A stretch of 64,000 nt of DNA from Salinivirgaceae bacterium (GCA_024405635.1 JAKSOL010000008.1:61112-125111), one strand, 5' to 3'. Positions 1 to 10,707 are shown, counted from the stretch's first letter. Numbers and translations are program-made. The notes: generated by a model not told the origin, from the letters alone.

Positions 1-473
1 GCATAGGCTTGCGCTGTGTAAAGGTTGTTTTTTGCCATCGATATGCGATTGAGCACGGTACTCGATTTGTATTGCTTTTCGTCGAACTCAAAACCTTTTA
101 CAATCGACTTTATAAGGTTTTTCGAGTCGGTGGTGTCATATATTGTGTACTCCGATGGGTAACCAAGTCGGTCGCTTTCGACACGAAGGATGCGGCTAAA
201 AATTGAGTGAAAAGTACCCATCACAAGTTTATCAGCCAACTCGGCGCCCACCAATGCCGAAATACGGTTTTTCATTTCGCGAGCAGCCTTATTGGTAAAC
301 GTAAGTGCCAAAATGTTCCATGGAGCCACGCCTTGATTAAGCAAGTATGCAATGCGATAAGTAAGCACTCTTGTTTTTCCAGAACCCGCACCCGCCACTA
401 TCAAACAAGGTCCGTCTTTACTTACAACTGCTTGACGTTGCACATCGCTCAAATCGTTCAAAAAATCTTGCAT
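1..473 (-). CDS. uvrD: UvrD/PcrA-family ATP-dependent DNA helicase, 5' part (runs off the window; absent from the ORF track)
   Basis: Manual translation from ATG at 473: MQDFLNDLSDVQRQAVVSKDGPCLIVAGAGSGKTRVLTYRIAYLL...ILALTFTNKAAREMK...GTFHS; these are SF1A motifs I (AGAGSGKT) and Ia (TFTNKAA). Confidence 0.95.
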   Translation of the reverse strand, partial: MQDFLNDLSDVQRQAVVSKDGPCLIVAGAGSGKTRVLTYRIAYLLNQGVAPWNILALTFTNKAAREMKNRISALVGAELADKLVMGTFHSIFSRILRVESDRLGYPSEYTIYDTTDSKNLIKSIVKGFEFDEKQYKSSTVLNRISMAKNNLYTAQAY

Positions 474-545
474 AGCTCTATTGGTGTTTGTTGTTTCAAC
501 AGAATAAAATTTGGGGCTAACTTAATGTGCCAGCATTAGTGATTG

Positions 546-1919
546 TTATTTTTTTCGGAACAGATGCACATAGCCATCGCGGCGAAACTCTTGGCCGTCC
601 CAACCTTCGGCGTATATGGTGTAGTAATAAACACCAGCTGGAGCCTCGCCTATTCCATCGGTTTTGCCGTCCCAGCCTTCCCAATCGCCACTACCGTCTT
701 CGTAACTATATATTTTGTTTCCCCAACGGTTGTAAATTTTAACCTTAAAGTGTTTTATTGAGCGCGGCATCGACTCGTCTTTAAACGTAAAACGCGGATT
801 GTTGCCGCCTGGTGTAAAAGCATTGGGGATATCGGGTTTACGCGACACAAACGACGTGTCAACATTTATGTATTCCTCTTTCAGCAAATAATCTTCGCAT
901 TGCTGCTCCATTCCGTTTTCTACATAAACAGGGCCTTTTACTGCTAGTGCAACATTATAGCCATACTGAATGTTTGGACGGAAATAGGTTATTGAGTCGG
1001 GAATAATTTGCGTCAGCACTGGAGGTATAAGCAACGAATCGCCTCCTCGCTGAAGACGTGGTTGCTGATAAAAGTACCAACAGTAGTCGTATGCATTTTC
1101 TGAACTATCGACAAACTGAACGCGCAGAGGCGCTTGTCCTGACGAATCGCTCTCGTTTTGAGGAACATACGCTCGGCTTGCAACAAACTTTGCTTTAACA
1201 GCTTTTAAATACAAGTCGCCATTTCCATCGTCGTCGCCAACATCAATCTCAAGTTTTTTGGTACGCGACACTTGATACTTGTCTTCAACTGTTAATCGAT
1301 AAATAGTTGGCACCGTGGGCGCATCAAAACTTGGATTTCGGTCCGATGGTATGTTGCTTTCGGGCGAACTCTCCCACGAATATTTCAAACGGTTAATCTT
1401 GTCGCCACAATAAATAAGTGGCTCGCCGGTCATTCGGTCAAAATATTCAAACTCCTCGTCGTAGGCCAATTGTGTACGCAACGACATTTGCTCGCAAGTT
1501 GACTGGTAAACCGATATGGCGCTAATGTTGAATTCATTTTGAAAAACCCATGCATAAAATGCAGTATCCCAAGTACCTGCAGCATTTTCAACCTTCACCA
1601 TATACCCGTTTTGCGTGCATTCACCTTTAGTTGAATTGCGCACTCCTACATCTTTTTTCAGCACTATATCAAACGCCTTTGTTTGCTCGTTAAACCTAAA
1701 CCAAGTAAAAGTAAGGTTTAAACTATCGGCAATTGAAACAGAAAGAGTGCCTGTGGTGCTAAACCCGCGAGGATCGGAATAGTAAACAAAAATCGGGTCG
1801 TTGGCAATGTTGCTAGTGTATGCGGTTGAATCAACACGGTCAGCATCGGCAGTAATCTGCGCAAATGTGACAAGGCATTGCACAAGCATTATCAGTATCA
1901 GCAACAATTTTCTTTGCAT
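546..1919 (-). CDS. Secreted protein with a PKD-like segment and a T9SS type-B (gliding motility-associated/CHU_C) C-terminal sorting domain
   Basis: Signal peptide MQRKLLLILIML...FAQ (ATG 1919); GQAPLRVQFVDSS PKD-like; C-terminal IPNAFTPG...KIYNRWG..IY...WDG...GVYYY...G.V.LFR. Confidence 0.85.
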   Translation of the reverse strand: MQRKLLLILIMLVQCLVTFAQITADADRVDSTAYTSNIANDPIFVYYSDPRGFSTTGTLSVSIADSLNLTFTWFRFNEQTKAFDIVLKKDVGVRNSTKGECTQNGYMVKVENAAGTWDTAFYAWVFQNEFNISAISVYQSTCEQMSLRTQLAYDEEFEYFDRMTGEPLIYCGDKINRLKYSWESSPESNIPSDRNPSFDAPTVPTIYRLTVEDKYQVSRTKKLEIDVGDDDGNGDLYLKAVKAKFVASRAYVPQNESDSSGQAPLRVQFVDSSENAYDYCWYFYQQPRLQRGGDSLLIPPVLTQIIPDSITYFRPNIQYGYNVALAVKGPVYVENGMEQQCEDYLLKEEYINVDTSFVSRKPDIPNAFTPGGNNPRFTFKDESMPRSIKHFKVKIYNRWGNKIYSYEDGSGDWEGWDGKTDGIGEAPAGVYYYTIYAEGWDGQEFRRDGYVHLFRKK

Positions 1920-2079
1920 CAAAAAAACACGATTAATGTTATTAACGAAAAAAGTAACGGCAAAAGTATAAAAAGCCCCCAATAACTTTCTGCATCACTT
2001 CTTTTCAGTTTTCCACAGTCATAATTTTTTATTTGGCAACAGGTAATATCTTTGGGCTCGCAATTCAAATTGAAAACAG

Positions 2080-3804
2080 ATGAATTTTACAAGAATTTTA
2101 GCAATCGCTATAGCTGCAATGCCTTTTATTAGTGCTGCACAAGAAAAAATAGAAACTCGATATGCAAACGGCAAAATTGCTAGCACTGGAGTGCTGCAAA
2201 ACGGTAAAGAAAACGGCACTTGGACTTATTACGACAGCCTTGGCGTTAAAACCCAAGAGACCGATTTTCGCAACGGCAACGTTCACGGCAAACTAACCTA
2301 TTTTCACAAAGACGGAACGATAGAAAACCAAGGTGAATTTCGTTCGGGAATAATGCACGGCAAATACTTTGAAAACTACCTTAACGGCAAACGCAAGGTT
2401 GAAGGATTTTACCGCGCAGGCAAAAAAGACAGCACATGGTGCTACTACAACGGCAGCGGACTTAAGTACCGCGAAGAACGCCATAAAAACGACACTATTT
2501 TCTTGCTTAATTATTGGGAAGATGCTAATAAACAAACAATTAGCAATGGCGAAGGCACATACACTTCGTACTACCAAAACGGCAATATTAAGGAAACTGG
2601 ACCTTACAAAAATGGGCGCGAAAACGGTTATTGGAAACGATATTTCCCCAACGGCAAAATGATGTCAAGCGGGCACTACCAAAACGGACTTGAGGTTGGC
2701 AAATGGCTTACCTATTACCAAAACGGCAACCTTAAAAGCGAAATGAACTACGAAAACGGACTAAATGTTCGCTTTTTCGAAAATGGACAAAAGAACATGG
2801 AAGGCCGATTAAAAAACAACAAACGCGATAGTATTTGGACTTTTTGGTACATCGACGGCAAACAAAAATCGCAAGTAAACTACACCGACGGACAAAAAAA
2901 CGGCATTCAAACCAACTGGTTCCCTACAGGAGTAAAATCAAGCGAAATAACATTTGCCAATGGTCGCAAAAACGGCAAAGCAACATGGTGGCGCAACAAT
3001 GGTCAGTTAGATATGGAAGGCTACTTTGAAAACGATGTACAAGACAGTTTGTGGACCTATTGGCGCACCGATGGCAACAAAGGCAACGAGGGTTTTTATC
3101 GTGATGGACAAATGCATGGTCACTGGACATATTGGTATGCCAACCAAAAAGTTTGGAAAGAAGGCGACTTTAGTCATGGTGCTCGCCACGGGCACTGGGT
3201 GGTTTACTACGAGGACGGTTCAAAATTCCACGAGGGCGACTTTAACAACGGAAAAGAACACGGATATTGGGAACAATGGTTTGAAAATGGACAAACCGAA
3301 ACCACAGGCTACTTTGTTAATGGACAAATGGATAGCACTTGGCACGGATACTTTGAAAACGGACAACCACACTACATTACCAACTACCGAAAAGACATTA
3401 AGCATGGTAAATCGGAACTTTGGTACGAAAATGGACGAAAAAGCACCGAAGAAAACTTTAATAACGGCACCTACCACGGTGAATACAAATCGTTCCGCAA
3501 CAATGGGTCGAAAGGTTTTGAAGGCTTTTATAATCAAGGTAAAAAAACGGGCGAATGGAAATACTACAACGAATACAATAAACAAGTTCGCCAAGAGCAA
3601 TACAAAAATGGATTGGAAGATGGTGAGTGGAAAACTTGGTTTGACGAAGGTCCAATTAACACCATCATTACATACAAAAACGGACAAAAAAACGGACTAT
3701 CACGCTACTACGAGATTAAAGGCCGCGTGGTTTATGAAGTGATTTACAAAAACGACGAGATTACAAAAACGAAAGTTGACATTCGCCAAAAGCAACTCAA
3801 CTAA
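2080..3804 (+). CDS. Secreted MORN-variant repeat protein (family often labelled YwqK antitoxin)
   Basis: Signal peptide, then many ~24-aa repeats of the form G.W..YY.NG....EG.Y.NG. Confidence 0.85.
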   Translation: MNFTRILAIAIAAMPFISAAQEKIETRYANGKIASTGVLQNGKENGTWTYYDSLGVKTQETDFRNGNVHGKLTYFHKDGTIENQGEFRSGIMHGKYFENYLNGKRKVEGFYRAGKKDSTWCYYNGSGLKYREERHKNDTIFLLNYWEDANKQTISNGEGTYTSYYQNGNIKETGPYKNGRENGYWKRYFPNGKMMSSGHYQNGLEVGKWLTYYQNGNLKSEMNYENGLNVRFFENGQKNMEGRLKNNKRDSIWTFWYIDGKQKSQVNYTDGQKNGIQTNWFPTGVKSSEITFANGRKNGKATWWRNNGQLDMEGYFENDVQDSLWTYWRTDGNKGNEGFYRDGQMHGHWTYWYANQKVWKEGDFSHGARHGHWVVYYEDGSKFHEGDFNNGKEHGYWEQWFENGQTETTGYFVNGQMDSTWHGYFENGQPHYITNYRKDIKHGKSELWYENGRKSTEENFNNGTYHGEYKSFRNNGSKGFEGFYNQGKKTGEWKYYNEYNKQVRQEQYKNGLEDGEWKTWFDEGPINTIITYKNGQKNGLSRYYEIKGRVVYEVIYKNDEITKTKVDIRQKQLN

Positions 3805-4454
3805 TCGTTGACCGTTCCTTTTAAGAAAGGAACAAAAGCACACTTACCAAAATCCTCGCGGCTAAATTCGGTTTTCGATTTACGCACAATGCGAATCATG
3901 CGTTGCTCGGTGGCATTGCCCACAGGAATAACCATAATGCCGCCAACTGCTAACTGCAACAACAACTGCTGAGGTATTTGCGTTGCTCCAGCTGTTACCA
4001 ATATTCGGTCAAATGGAGCTTCAGATGGCACACCATCATACCCATCGCCAAACACAAAATTGGGGGTGTAACCCATTTGCGGCAACAATCGGCTAGCCTT
4101 TTCATACAACTCACGCTGACGCTCAATGGTGAACACTGTTGCTCCAAGTTCAAGCAATACAGCCGTTTGATAACCCGAACCGGTACCTATTTCAAGAACC
4201 TTCATGCCAGGTTTTAAGTCAATCAAATGCGACTGAAACGCCACTGTATATGGGTTACTTATTGTTTGGCTTGAACCAATTGGAAACGGATTAGACTTGT
4301 ATGCAAAATTGATGAGCGCACTATCAATAAAAAAATGACGCGGCACCTTACTCATAGCACACAACACCGCAGCATTTGCAATACCATCAGCTTGTAAACG
4401 CTCAATCATCTGACATCGCATTCCCTGCTCACGGGGACCGTCAATCATTAGCAT
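3801..4454 (-). CDS. pcm: Protein-L-isoaspartate O-methyltransferase
   Basis: [46 protein letters not shown] motifs. Confidence 0.93.
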   Translation of the reverse strand: MLMIDGPREQGMRCQMIERLQADGIANAAVLCAMSKVPRHFFIDSALINFAYKSNPFPIGSSQTISNPYTVAFQSHLIDLKPGMKVLEIGTGSGYQTAVLLELGATVFTIERQRELYEKASRLLPQMGYTPNFVFGDGYDGVPSEAPFDRILVTAGATQIPQQLLLQLAVGGIMVIPVGNATEQRMIRIVRKSKTEFSREDFGKCAFVPFLKGTVND

Positions 4455-5659
4455 TGTGCAACTTGCAAATTAGCGTTGTCTATCTTTTGCTTAGCATAGT
4501 CAACCGTAACGGTAAACTCTTTAGTGTCAGCCGATGGAAGGTCAAACATTGCATCTGTCATAATAGCCTCGCAAATTGACCGCAAACCACGTGCTCCAAG
4601 TTTGTACTCAATAGCTTTGTCAACAATAAATTCAAGCGCAGCCTTATCAAACTTCAGTTTAATATCGTCCATCTTAAATAGCTTGATGTATTGCTTAGTA
4701 AGTGCATTTTTAGGGTCGGTAAGAATACTACGCAAAGCCTTACGGTCCAATGGCTCAAGATGAGTAAGCACTGGCAAACGTCCAATTATTTCTGGAATCA
4801 AACCAAAACTCTTTAAGTCGCGCGGAGTAATATATTTCAGCAAATTATTTCGATCAACCTGCTCAGTTTTTTCAGCAGCTGAATAGCCAACCGTTTGAGT
4901 ATTCATACGTTGCGCTATTTTCTTGTCTATTCCATCGAACGCACCACCGCAAATAAACAAAATGTTCTTTGTGTCGATTGAAATCAAACGTTGCTCTGGA
5001 TGCTTGCGTCCACCTTGAGGTGGGACGTTAACAACCGAACCCTCAAGCAATTTCAACAAACCTTGTTGAACACCTTCACCGCTCACATCGCGTGTTATTG
5101 AAGGATTATCGCCCTTGCGAGCAATTTTGTCTATCTCGTCAATAAAAACAATGCCTCGCTCGGCAGCTTCAACATCGTAATCGGCAGCCTGAAGCAAACG
5201 ACTTAAAATGCTCTCAATATCCTCGCCCACATAGCCAGCCTCAGTAAGCACTGTTGCATCAACAATAGTAAAAGGAACATTAAGCAATTTGGCTATTGTT
5301 TTGGCCATCAATGTTTTGCCTGTTCCCGTTTCACCAACCATAATAATGTTCGATTTTTCAATCTCAACATCGTCGGCACCTTTTTTTTGGCTTAAACGTT
5401 TGTAGTGATTATAAACAGCAACGGCCAATGCTTTTTTTGCCTCGTCTTGACCAATAATGTACTGATCCATAAACTCCTTTATCTCTTTTGGTTTTTGCAG
5501 ATTAAGGTCTTTATTATCTTTTGGTTGAGCAGCCTTTGAGTTTTCTTTTACAATCTCGTAAGCTTGCTCAATGCAATCGCTACAAATAAAGCCACTAATA
5601 CCCGAAACCAATAGATAGGCATCTTTTCGTGGACGTCCGCAAAATGAACATTTATCCAT
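4448..5659 (-). CDS. clpX: ATP-dependent Clp protease ATP-binding subunit ClpX
   Basis: CSFC...CSDC zinc finger, GETGTGKT Walker [22 protein letters not shown]. Confidence 0.98.
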   Translation of the reverse strand: MDKCSFCGRPRKDAYLLVSGISGFICSDCIEQAYEIVKENSKAAQPKDNKDLNLQKPKEIKEFMDQYIIGQDEAKKALAVAVYNHYKRLSQKKGADDVEIEKSNIIMVGETGTGKTLMAKTIAKLLNVPFTIVDATVLTEAGYVGEDIESILSRLLQAADYDVEAAERGIVFIDEIDKIARKGDNPSITRDVSGEGVQQGLLKLLEGSVVNVPPQGGRKHPEQRLISIDTKNILFICGGAFDGIDKKIAQRMNTQTVGYSAAEKTEQVDRNNLLKYITPRDLKSFGLIPEIIGRLPVLTHLEPLDRKALRSILTDPKNALTKQYIKLFKMDDIKLKFDKAALEFIVDKAIEYKLGARGLRSICEAIMTDAMFDLPSADTKEFTVTVDYAKQKIDNANLQVAQC

Positions 5660-5741
5660 ACCGTTAGTTTATTATTAAAAAAGGCAGATCCCAATCCGAT
5701 TCAGACCGAAATCCACCTTTTTATATTGGACAATAGAAAAT

Positions 5742-6422
5742 TTACTTTTTCTTACTCTCAAGCACTTCGTCAATCATACCATATTCCAACGCCTCTTGTG
5801 AGGTCATCCAGTAATCGCGGTCAGCATCTTTCTTAATGCGTTCAATATCGTTACCTGTATGATTAGCAATAATGGTATACAAATCGTCACGAAGTTTAAA
5901 AATCTCGCGAGCAGTAATCTCAATCTCGGTTGCTTGACCTTGAACTCCACCCATAGGCTGGTGAATCATGATGCGCGAGTGTGGCAATGCAACACGCTTT
6001 CCCTTTTGACCGGCACACATTAGCACAGCTGCCATTGACGCAGCCATACCAGTACAAGTTGTACCAACTTCGGGAGTAATAATCTGCATTGTGTCGTATA
6101 TTCCTAACCCAGAATAAACCTCGCCGCCAGGTGAATTAAGGTACATTGAAATGTCCTTAGTATTGTCAACCGACTGTAAAAACAGCAATTGAGCTTGAAC
6201 AATGTTAGCCACGTCGCTATCAATTGGAACACCAAGAAATATAATACGGTCCATCATTAAGCGCGACATAACGTCCATTTGAGCAACGTTAAGCTGGCGC
6301 TCCTCAATAATATTGGGAGTGATGTAGTTGTCAAGCATTGACGCATAGCGATGATAAGTCATACTATTGATGCCAGCATGCTTGGTAGCATATTTCTTAA
6401 ATTCGTCCTGAGGGAAGAACAT
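5742..6422 (-). CDS. clpP: ATP-dependent Clp protease proteolytic subunit
   Basis: SRLMMDRIIFLG, YLNSPGG, GMAASM, MIHQP, DRDYWM; ATG at 6422 preferred over TTG at 6428. Confidence 0.98.
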   Translation of the reverse strand: MFFPQDEFKKYATKHAGINSMTYHRYASMLDNYITPNIIEERQLNVAQMDVMSRLMMDRIIFLGVPIDSDVANIVQAQLLFLQSVDNTKDISMYLNSPGGEVYSGLGIYDTMQIITPEVGTTCTGMAASMAAVLMCAGQKGKRVALPHSRIMIHQPMGGVQGQATEIEITAREIFKLRDDLYTIIANHTGNDIERIKKDADRDYWMTSQEALEYGMIDEVLESKKK

Positions 6423-6441
6423 GGCCAAAACTATTTTTTAA

Positions 6442-7785
6442 TTATTTGAAAAGTTCGTTGAACTCTTGAGTTGAAACCTCTTTCTCTTCAATTTTAACTG
6501 CTTCTTTAATCACAGCCAAAACTTTTTTCTCCATGCTACGTTCAGCAAAGTTGCGACGGTCTTCCTCTTTGCTCAATTGCGATTTAGCAAATTCGGTAAG
6601 TTGCTCGTCTGGCAACGATGCAAAACCATATTGACGGAATTGTGCAGAAAGAGCCTCTTTTGCTTCAGCAAGCAAATCGTCTTCAGCTACTGTAAGTTTG
6701 TTTTCTTCAGCAACTTGAGTTTTAATCAATTGCCACGAAAACTCTTTAGCCATGTTATCGTAGTCTTTTTCAACTTGCTCAGCGGTAATGTTGTCGTTAG
6801 CAGCAACAACCCAACGTTTCAAGAATGCATCAGGAAGAGCGATTTTGCATTTCTCCAACATTTTCTCTTTAGCGTCGATGCCAAATTTGAAATCGCTTTG
6901 CAAAGCCAATTCAGCTTTAAAATCTTCAGCAATGCGAGCTTTGTACTCGTCAAGCGATTTTACAGCGCCTTCGCCGTAAACTTTGTCAAACAATTCTTGG
7001 TTAGCCTCAGCCATGATGTGGCGGGTAATACCTTTAATTGTAAGACGGAACATGCCAGTAGCTTTTTTGTTTTCGCCACTGATGCGCAACATACTTGAGC
7101 GATCGGTTTCGTTTTCAAAAGCTTTTTCAATATCAACATCAATGCTAGCGCCTTTTGCTGCACCAATGATTAACGATTTAGCATCAGCACCGATGCGGTC
7201 AGTTGCGAACATTGTGTCCTCAACTTTAATACCATCAGCAACCACGTTGCCAGCCTCGTCTAATTGAGCGAAGTCGGCCTTAACAAGGTCTTTTTCAGCA
7301 ACTGCATCAGCTTCTTCAGAACGGCCGTAACGATAAGAGTTGCTCTCCATCATTGAGTTAACCATCTCGTCGTTAACTGCTATATTGTAGTAGTTGATTT
7401 TCATTTTTTTGCTCAAACCAAGTTCGAATTTTGGTTTAAGACCAAGATCAAAGTTGAAAGAGAATTCTTCTTTGTTGTCAACATCAACATCAGAAGGATT
7501 TGAAAGGCTTGGCAATGGTTCGCCAAGAATATCAAGGTTTTCTGTTTTGATGTATTCCATAAGGTTGCGGTAAACGATACGGTTCAACTCATCAAGCAAA
7601 GCCGATTTTCCGTAAAGTTTCTTTACCATACCCATTGGAGCATTGCCTGGGCGGAAACCTCTAATAGCAGCTTTTTTGCGATAATCTTTAAGTGATTTCT
7701 CAACAGCCTCAGCGTAGTCGTCTTTCACAATATTGATTTTCACTACTGCATTCAGCTCATCAACATTTTCTCTTGTAATGTTCAT
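6442..7785 (-). CDS. tig: Trigger factor
   Basis: MNITRENVDELNA start at 7785; GFRPG ribosome-binding motif; lies upstream of clpP-clpX. Confidence 0.95.
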   Translation of the reverse strand: MNITRENVDELNAVVKINIVKDDYAEAVEKSLKDYRKKAAIRGFRPGNAPMGMVKKLYGKSALLDELNRIVYRNLMEYIKTENLDILGEPLPSLSNPSDVDVDNKEEFSFNFDLGLKPKFELGLSKKMKINYYNIAVNDEMVNSMMESNSYRYGRSEEADAVAEKDLVKADFAQLDEAGNVVADGIKVEDTMFATDRIGADAKSLIIGAAKGASIDVDIEKAFENETDRSSMLRISGENKKATGMFRLTIKGITRHIMAEANQELFDKVYGEGAVKSLDEYKARIAEDFKAELALQSDFKFGIDAKEKMLEKCKIALPDAFLKRWVVAANDNITAEQVEKDYDNMAKEFSWQLIKTQVAEENKLTVAEDDLLAEAKEALSAQFRQYGFASLPDEQLTEFAKSQLSKEEDRRNFAERSMEKKVLAVIKEAVKIEEKEVSTQEFNELFK

Positions 7786-7812
7786 TTTTACTCGATTTTG
7801 AGTTTGATAATT

Positions 7813-7848
7813 AAAAAAAGCCGCCAACTGGTTTCCCAAATGGCGGCT
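7813..7848 (-). terminator. Intrinsic terminator between tRNA-Leu and tig
   Basis: Minus-strand AGCCGCCA...TGGCGGCT stem running into a T7 tract. Confidence 0.7.
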
Positions 7849-7858
7849 AATAAAGTTG

Positions 7859-7940
7859 TGCGGATGAAGGGACTCGAACCCCCACGCCTCACGGCACTAG
7901 ATCCTAAGTCTAGCGCGGCTACCAATTACGCCACACCCGC
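7859..7940 (-). tRNA. tRNA-Leu (anticodon TAG)
   Basis: GCGGGTGTGGCGTAATTGGTAGCCGCGCTAGACTTAGGATCTAGTGCCGTGAGGCGTGGGGGTTCGAGTCCCTTCATCCGCA; anticodon arm CTAGA-CT-TAG-GA-TCTAG, long variable arm, GTTCGA T-loop; CCA not encoded. Confidence 0.96.
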
Positions 7941-8208
7941 TTTTCTTTTAGGCGGTGCAAATGTACCGCTATTTTTTATTTGTGCAACTACATTTTTCAA
8001 AAAAAGTATTTTTATGTTTATTTAATTGTGTATCAGCATATTATTTTTTTCATTTTATTTCTTTTACTTCATTTTGTTCAAAACAGCACTATAAAATAGC
8101 ATAATTAGAGGTGTATTTGTCGCAAACGGCCACATTTGCAGGCCATTATTCTGTTGTATAGCAAATAGATTTTTACTTTTGTGGATAATTGCCCACATTA
8201 TTAACTTC

Positions 8209-9393
8209 ATGAAAAACAACACTTTAAAACCAAACGAAGGTCTTTCGGTTGGATTATTAGCATCGCTTGCCGTTATTGCAGGCGTGTCGGTGGCCAACCT
8301 TTATTATTGCCAACCTCTTCTCAATTTAATAAGCAAGGATACGGGATTGTCCGAATTTCAAATAAACTTAATGCCTGTTTTTACACAAATTGGGTATGCT
8401 CTTGGTTTGCTTTTCATTATACCGATGGGCGATTTGTACAACCGCCGCACAACAATTCTTACATGCTTTGGGGTATTGGTTTGCTCGCTTCTTACCATTG
8501 CATTATCGAGTAGTTTAACATTATTGCTTGCATCAAGTTTTGTAACTGGATTTTTTTCGGTAGCTCCACAGGTGCTCATTCCGTTTGTTTCGCAGTTTTC
8601 GCGACCCGATGAAAAAGATCGCAAAACAGGGCTCATTCTTTCTGGTTTGTTAGTTGGCATATTAGGTTCGCGAGTGGTGAGTGGCTACATTGGCGACTGG
8701 CTTGGGTGGCGCGCTATGTACCAAATTGCGGCTGTTATGATTGCCGTTGCCGCTGTTGTAATACTTAAAGTGTTTCCGTATGTTGAACCTACATTTAGCG
8801 GAAAGTTCACAAAATTGATGTTGTCAATTGCACAATTAGTCAAGAATAATCCAAAGGCTATAACATATTCGGTTCGGTCGGCTTTAATATTTGGTGCAAT
8901 GCTTGGAATGTGGGCATGTCTTGCTTTTCGAATGAAAGAGGCTCCTTTTTATGATAGCAGCGACACTATAGGCATGCTTGGATTATGCGGCATTGCTGGC
9001 GCTCTTACTGCATCTGGAGTGGGAAAGTTTATTCCGCGACATGGTGTTGAAAGAATAAACAACATTGGTGTGGCTCTTGTGGCTTTAGCTTGGGTTGTTT
9101 TGGGTTTGCTACAAAATAGTTACGTTGGCATTATTTTGGGTGTGATTATTATTGATATTGGAATGCAATGCGTGCAATTGAGCAACCAAAGCGCCACAAT
9201 GAAACTTTGTCCATCGGCTCCAAGCCGAATGAATACCATATATATGGTAACTTATTTTATAGGTGGCTCGCTTGGAACATTTGTTGCTGGCTCAATGTGG
9301 GCGGCTTTTGGTTGGTACGGCGCCGTATGCTCTGGACTTGGAATGACATTTCTTTCGGTTTTGTTTTCTATTGTTATGCATAGTAAGCACTAA
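8209..9393 (+). CDS. MFS transporter
   Basis: About 12 hydrophobic segments; ANLYYCQPLL, GDLYNRR motif A, SRMNTIYM. Confidence 0.9.
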   Translation: MKNNTLKPNEGLSVGLLASLAVIAGVSVANLYYCQPLLNLISKDTGLSEFQINLMPVFTQIGYALGLLFIIPMGDLYNRRTTILTCFGVLVCSLLTIALSSSLTLLLASSFVTGFFSVAPQVLIPFVSQFSRPDEKDRKTGLILSGLLVGILGSRVVSGYIGDWLGWRAMYQIAAVMIAVAAVVILKVFPYVEPTFSGKFTKLMLSIAQLVKNNPKAITYSVRSALIFGAMLGMWACLAFRMKEAPFYDSSDTIGMLGLCGIAGALTASGVGKFIPRHGVERINNIGVALVALAWVVLGLLQNSYVGIILGVIIIDIGMQCVQLSNQSATMKLCPSAPSRMNTIYMVTYFIGGSLGTFVAGSMWAAFGWYGAVCSGLGMTFLSVLFSIVMHSKH

Positions 9394-9467
9394 TTTGTTT
9401 TGCATATAATTTGCACCGTTTTGTTAAACAAGATTAATAAGTAAATAACCAAACTTTGATATAAAAT

Positions 9468-10358
9468 ATGCCAACCATTCTTACCAAAATCCTCCCAGTA
9501 GTTTTAGTTCTAATTATTGGTGTTGTGTGCCGCAAAAAGGGTTTTATAAACGAAACGCGCACACAAACATTAAAAGATGTAGCGGTAAACATAACATTAC
9601 CTTTTGTGTTGCTATCTGTTTTTGGTAGTACAGAGTTTTCGGCATCTAACATATTAATTCCAAGTGTATCATTTTTGGCTTGTATAGTAGCACTTGCCCT
9701 TGGCTTTGTATTATTCAAACTAATGAAGTTGCAGGGTACGATATTGCCTTATCTCACATCGGGATTTGAGGCGGGAATGTTGGGGTATGCGCTATTTGCC
9801 ATACTACAAGGCGGCAACAAACTCTCGTCGTTTGCGCTTATTGACCTTGGTCAAGTTACATTTGTATTTACAGTTTACCGAATGCTAATAAGCGGCAATC
9901 GCAATGCAAAAGATATTATTCTGAACATTATTAACACTCCTGTAATATGGGGAATGACCACTGGCATATTGTTGAGTACCACAGGATTATACACCCAATT
10001 TAGTGACTACATTGAGTCAATTTGCAGTTTTGCATCGGCCCCAACTGGCACAATAATATTATTGTGCATAGGCAGCGATTTAGCTTCGCAAAAGGTTAGC
10101 TTACGCAAAGCACTTGCGCCTGTAGCGCTACGAATTTTTGTTCTTTCAGTAGTTTTTGCACTAGTTTACTACACCGATATGCTACTTGGCATAGGTATTA
10201 ATCATCAAGCTCTGTTGCTAATGTTTGCGCTACCTGCGCCATTTGTGTTACCCATTTTTGCCACCGCAGCCAACGAACGCGCCGACGTTGCTTCGGCTTT
10301 GTCAATTCAAACAATTATAACTCTAATTATTTTTGGGCTAATGGCTATTAATATCTAA
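9468..10358 (+). CDS. AEC-family (auxin efflux carrier-like/malate permease) transporter
   Basis: Multi-TM protein; NITLP, GMLGYAL, LPAPFVLP motifs. Confidence 0.75.
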   Translation: MPTILTKILPVVLVLIIGVVCRKKGFINETRTQTLKDVAVNITLPFVLLSVFGSTEFSASNILIPSVSFLACIVALALGFVLFKLMKLQGTILPYLTSGFEAGMLGYALFAILQGGNKLSSFALIDLGQVTFVFTVYRMLISGNRNAKDIILNIINTPVIWGMTTGILLSTTGLYTQFSDYIESICSFASAPTGTIILLCIGSDLASQKVSLRKALAPVALRIFVLSVVFALVYYTDMLLGIGINHQALLLMFALPAPFVLPIFATAANERADVASALSIQTIITLIIFGLMAINI

Positions 10359-10517
10359 ATATCCTGTTTTGAAATACTGAAATGTAACTTTCGATGGATT
10401 GCCGGCTATCGATACATTCATCTATTTATAGAGATAATATATGTCGGCAAAACGGTTGCTTTCTTTATTATTTATAGATCGTTTTTAATTCCTTTCATAC
10501 ACCTCATTTTTCCATTA

Positions 10518-10652
10518 TAGAAACTTATTCTACAACAAACGGGTGCATTGAGGTTTTTGTTTGCACATTTTCTGCGAAAATTTATACACGTAGAATTGTG
10601 TTCTTTGTTTTTAGTTTTACATAGAGCAACATTCTGTACAGCTATATATTTG
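10518..10652 (+). promoter_or_regulatory. metY promoter (-7 element TATATTTG at 10645-10652) with three upstream TAGA-N7-TCT boxes
   Basis: TAGA-AACTTAT-TCTA (10518), TAGA-ATTGTGT-TCTT (10591), TAGA-GCAACAT-TCTG (10622). Confidence 0.5.
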
Positions 10653-10707
10653 CATCGTCAAAAACGAAACAATAACAACTAAAAATAAAAAACAGGAGGT
10701 ATTAACT

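Noticed and set aside
9-539. Plus-strand ORFs 9-206 and 207-539, and other overlapping ORFs such as 3026-3742 and 28235-29059
   Set aside because: Antisense or alternate-frame shadows of real genes (uvrD, MORN protein, hsdR) with no motifs of their own.
2080-3804. Toxin-antitoxin system (YwqK antitoxin label)
   Set aside because: No adjacent toxin; the protein is a long signal-peptide-bearing MORN-variant repeat.
7859-7940. tRNA-Leu as an integration site
   Set aside because: Its 3' end leads into a terminator and tig; I saw no duplicated 3' fragment or integrase.
10360-10707. SAM riboswitch or Cys/Met leader peptide before metY
   Set aside because: The promoter is about 55 nt from the ATG, leaving an A-rich unstructured leader; no aptamer motifs seen.
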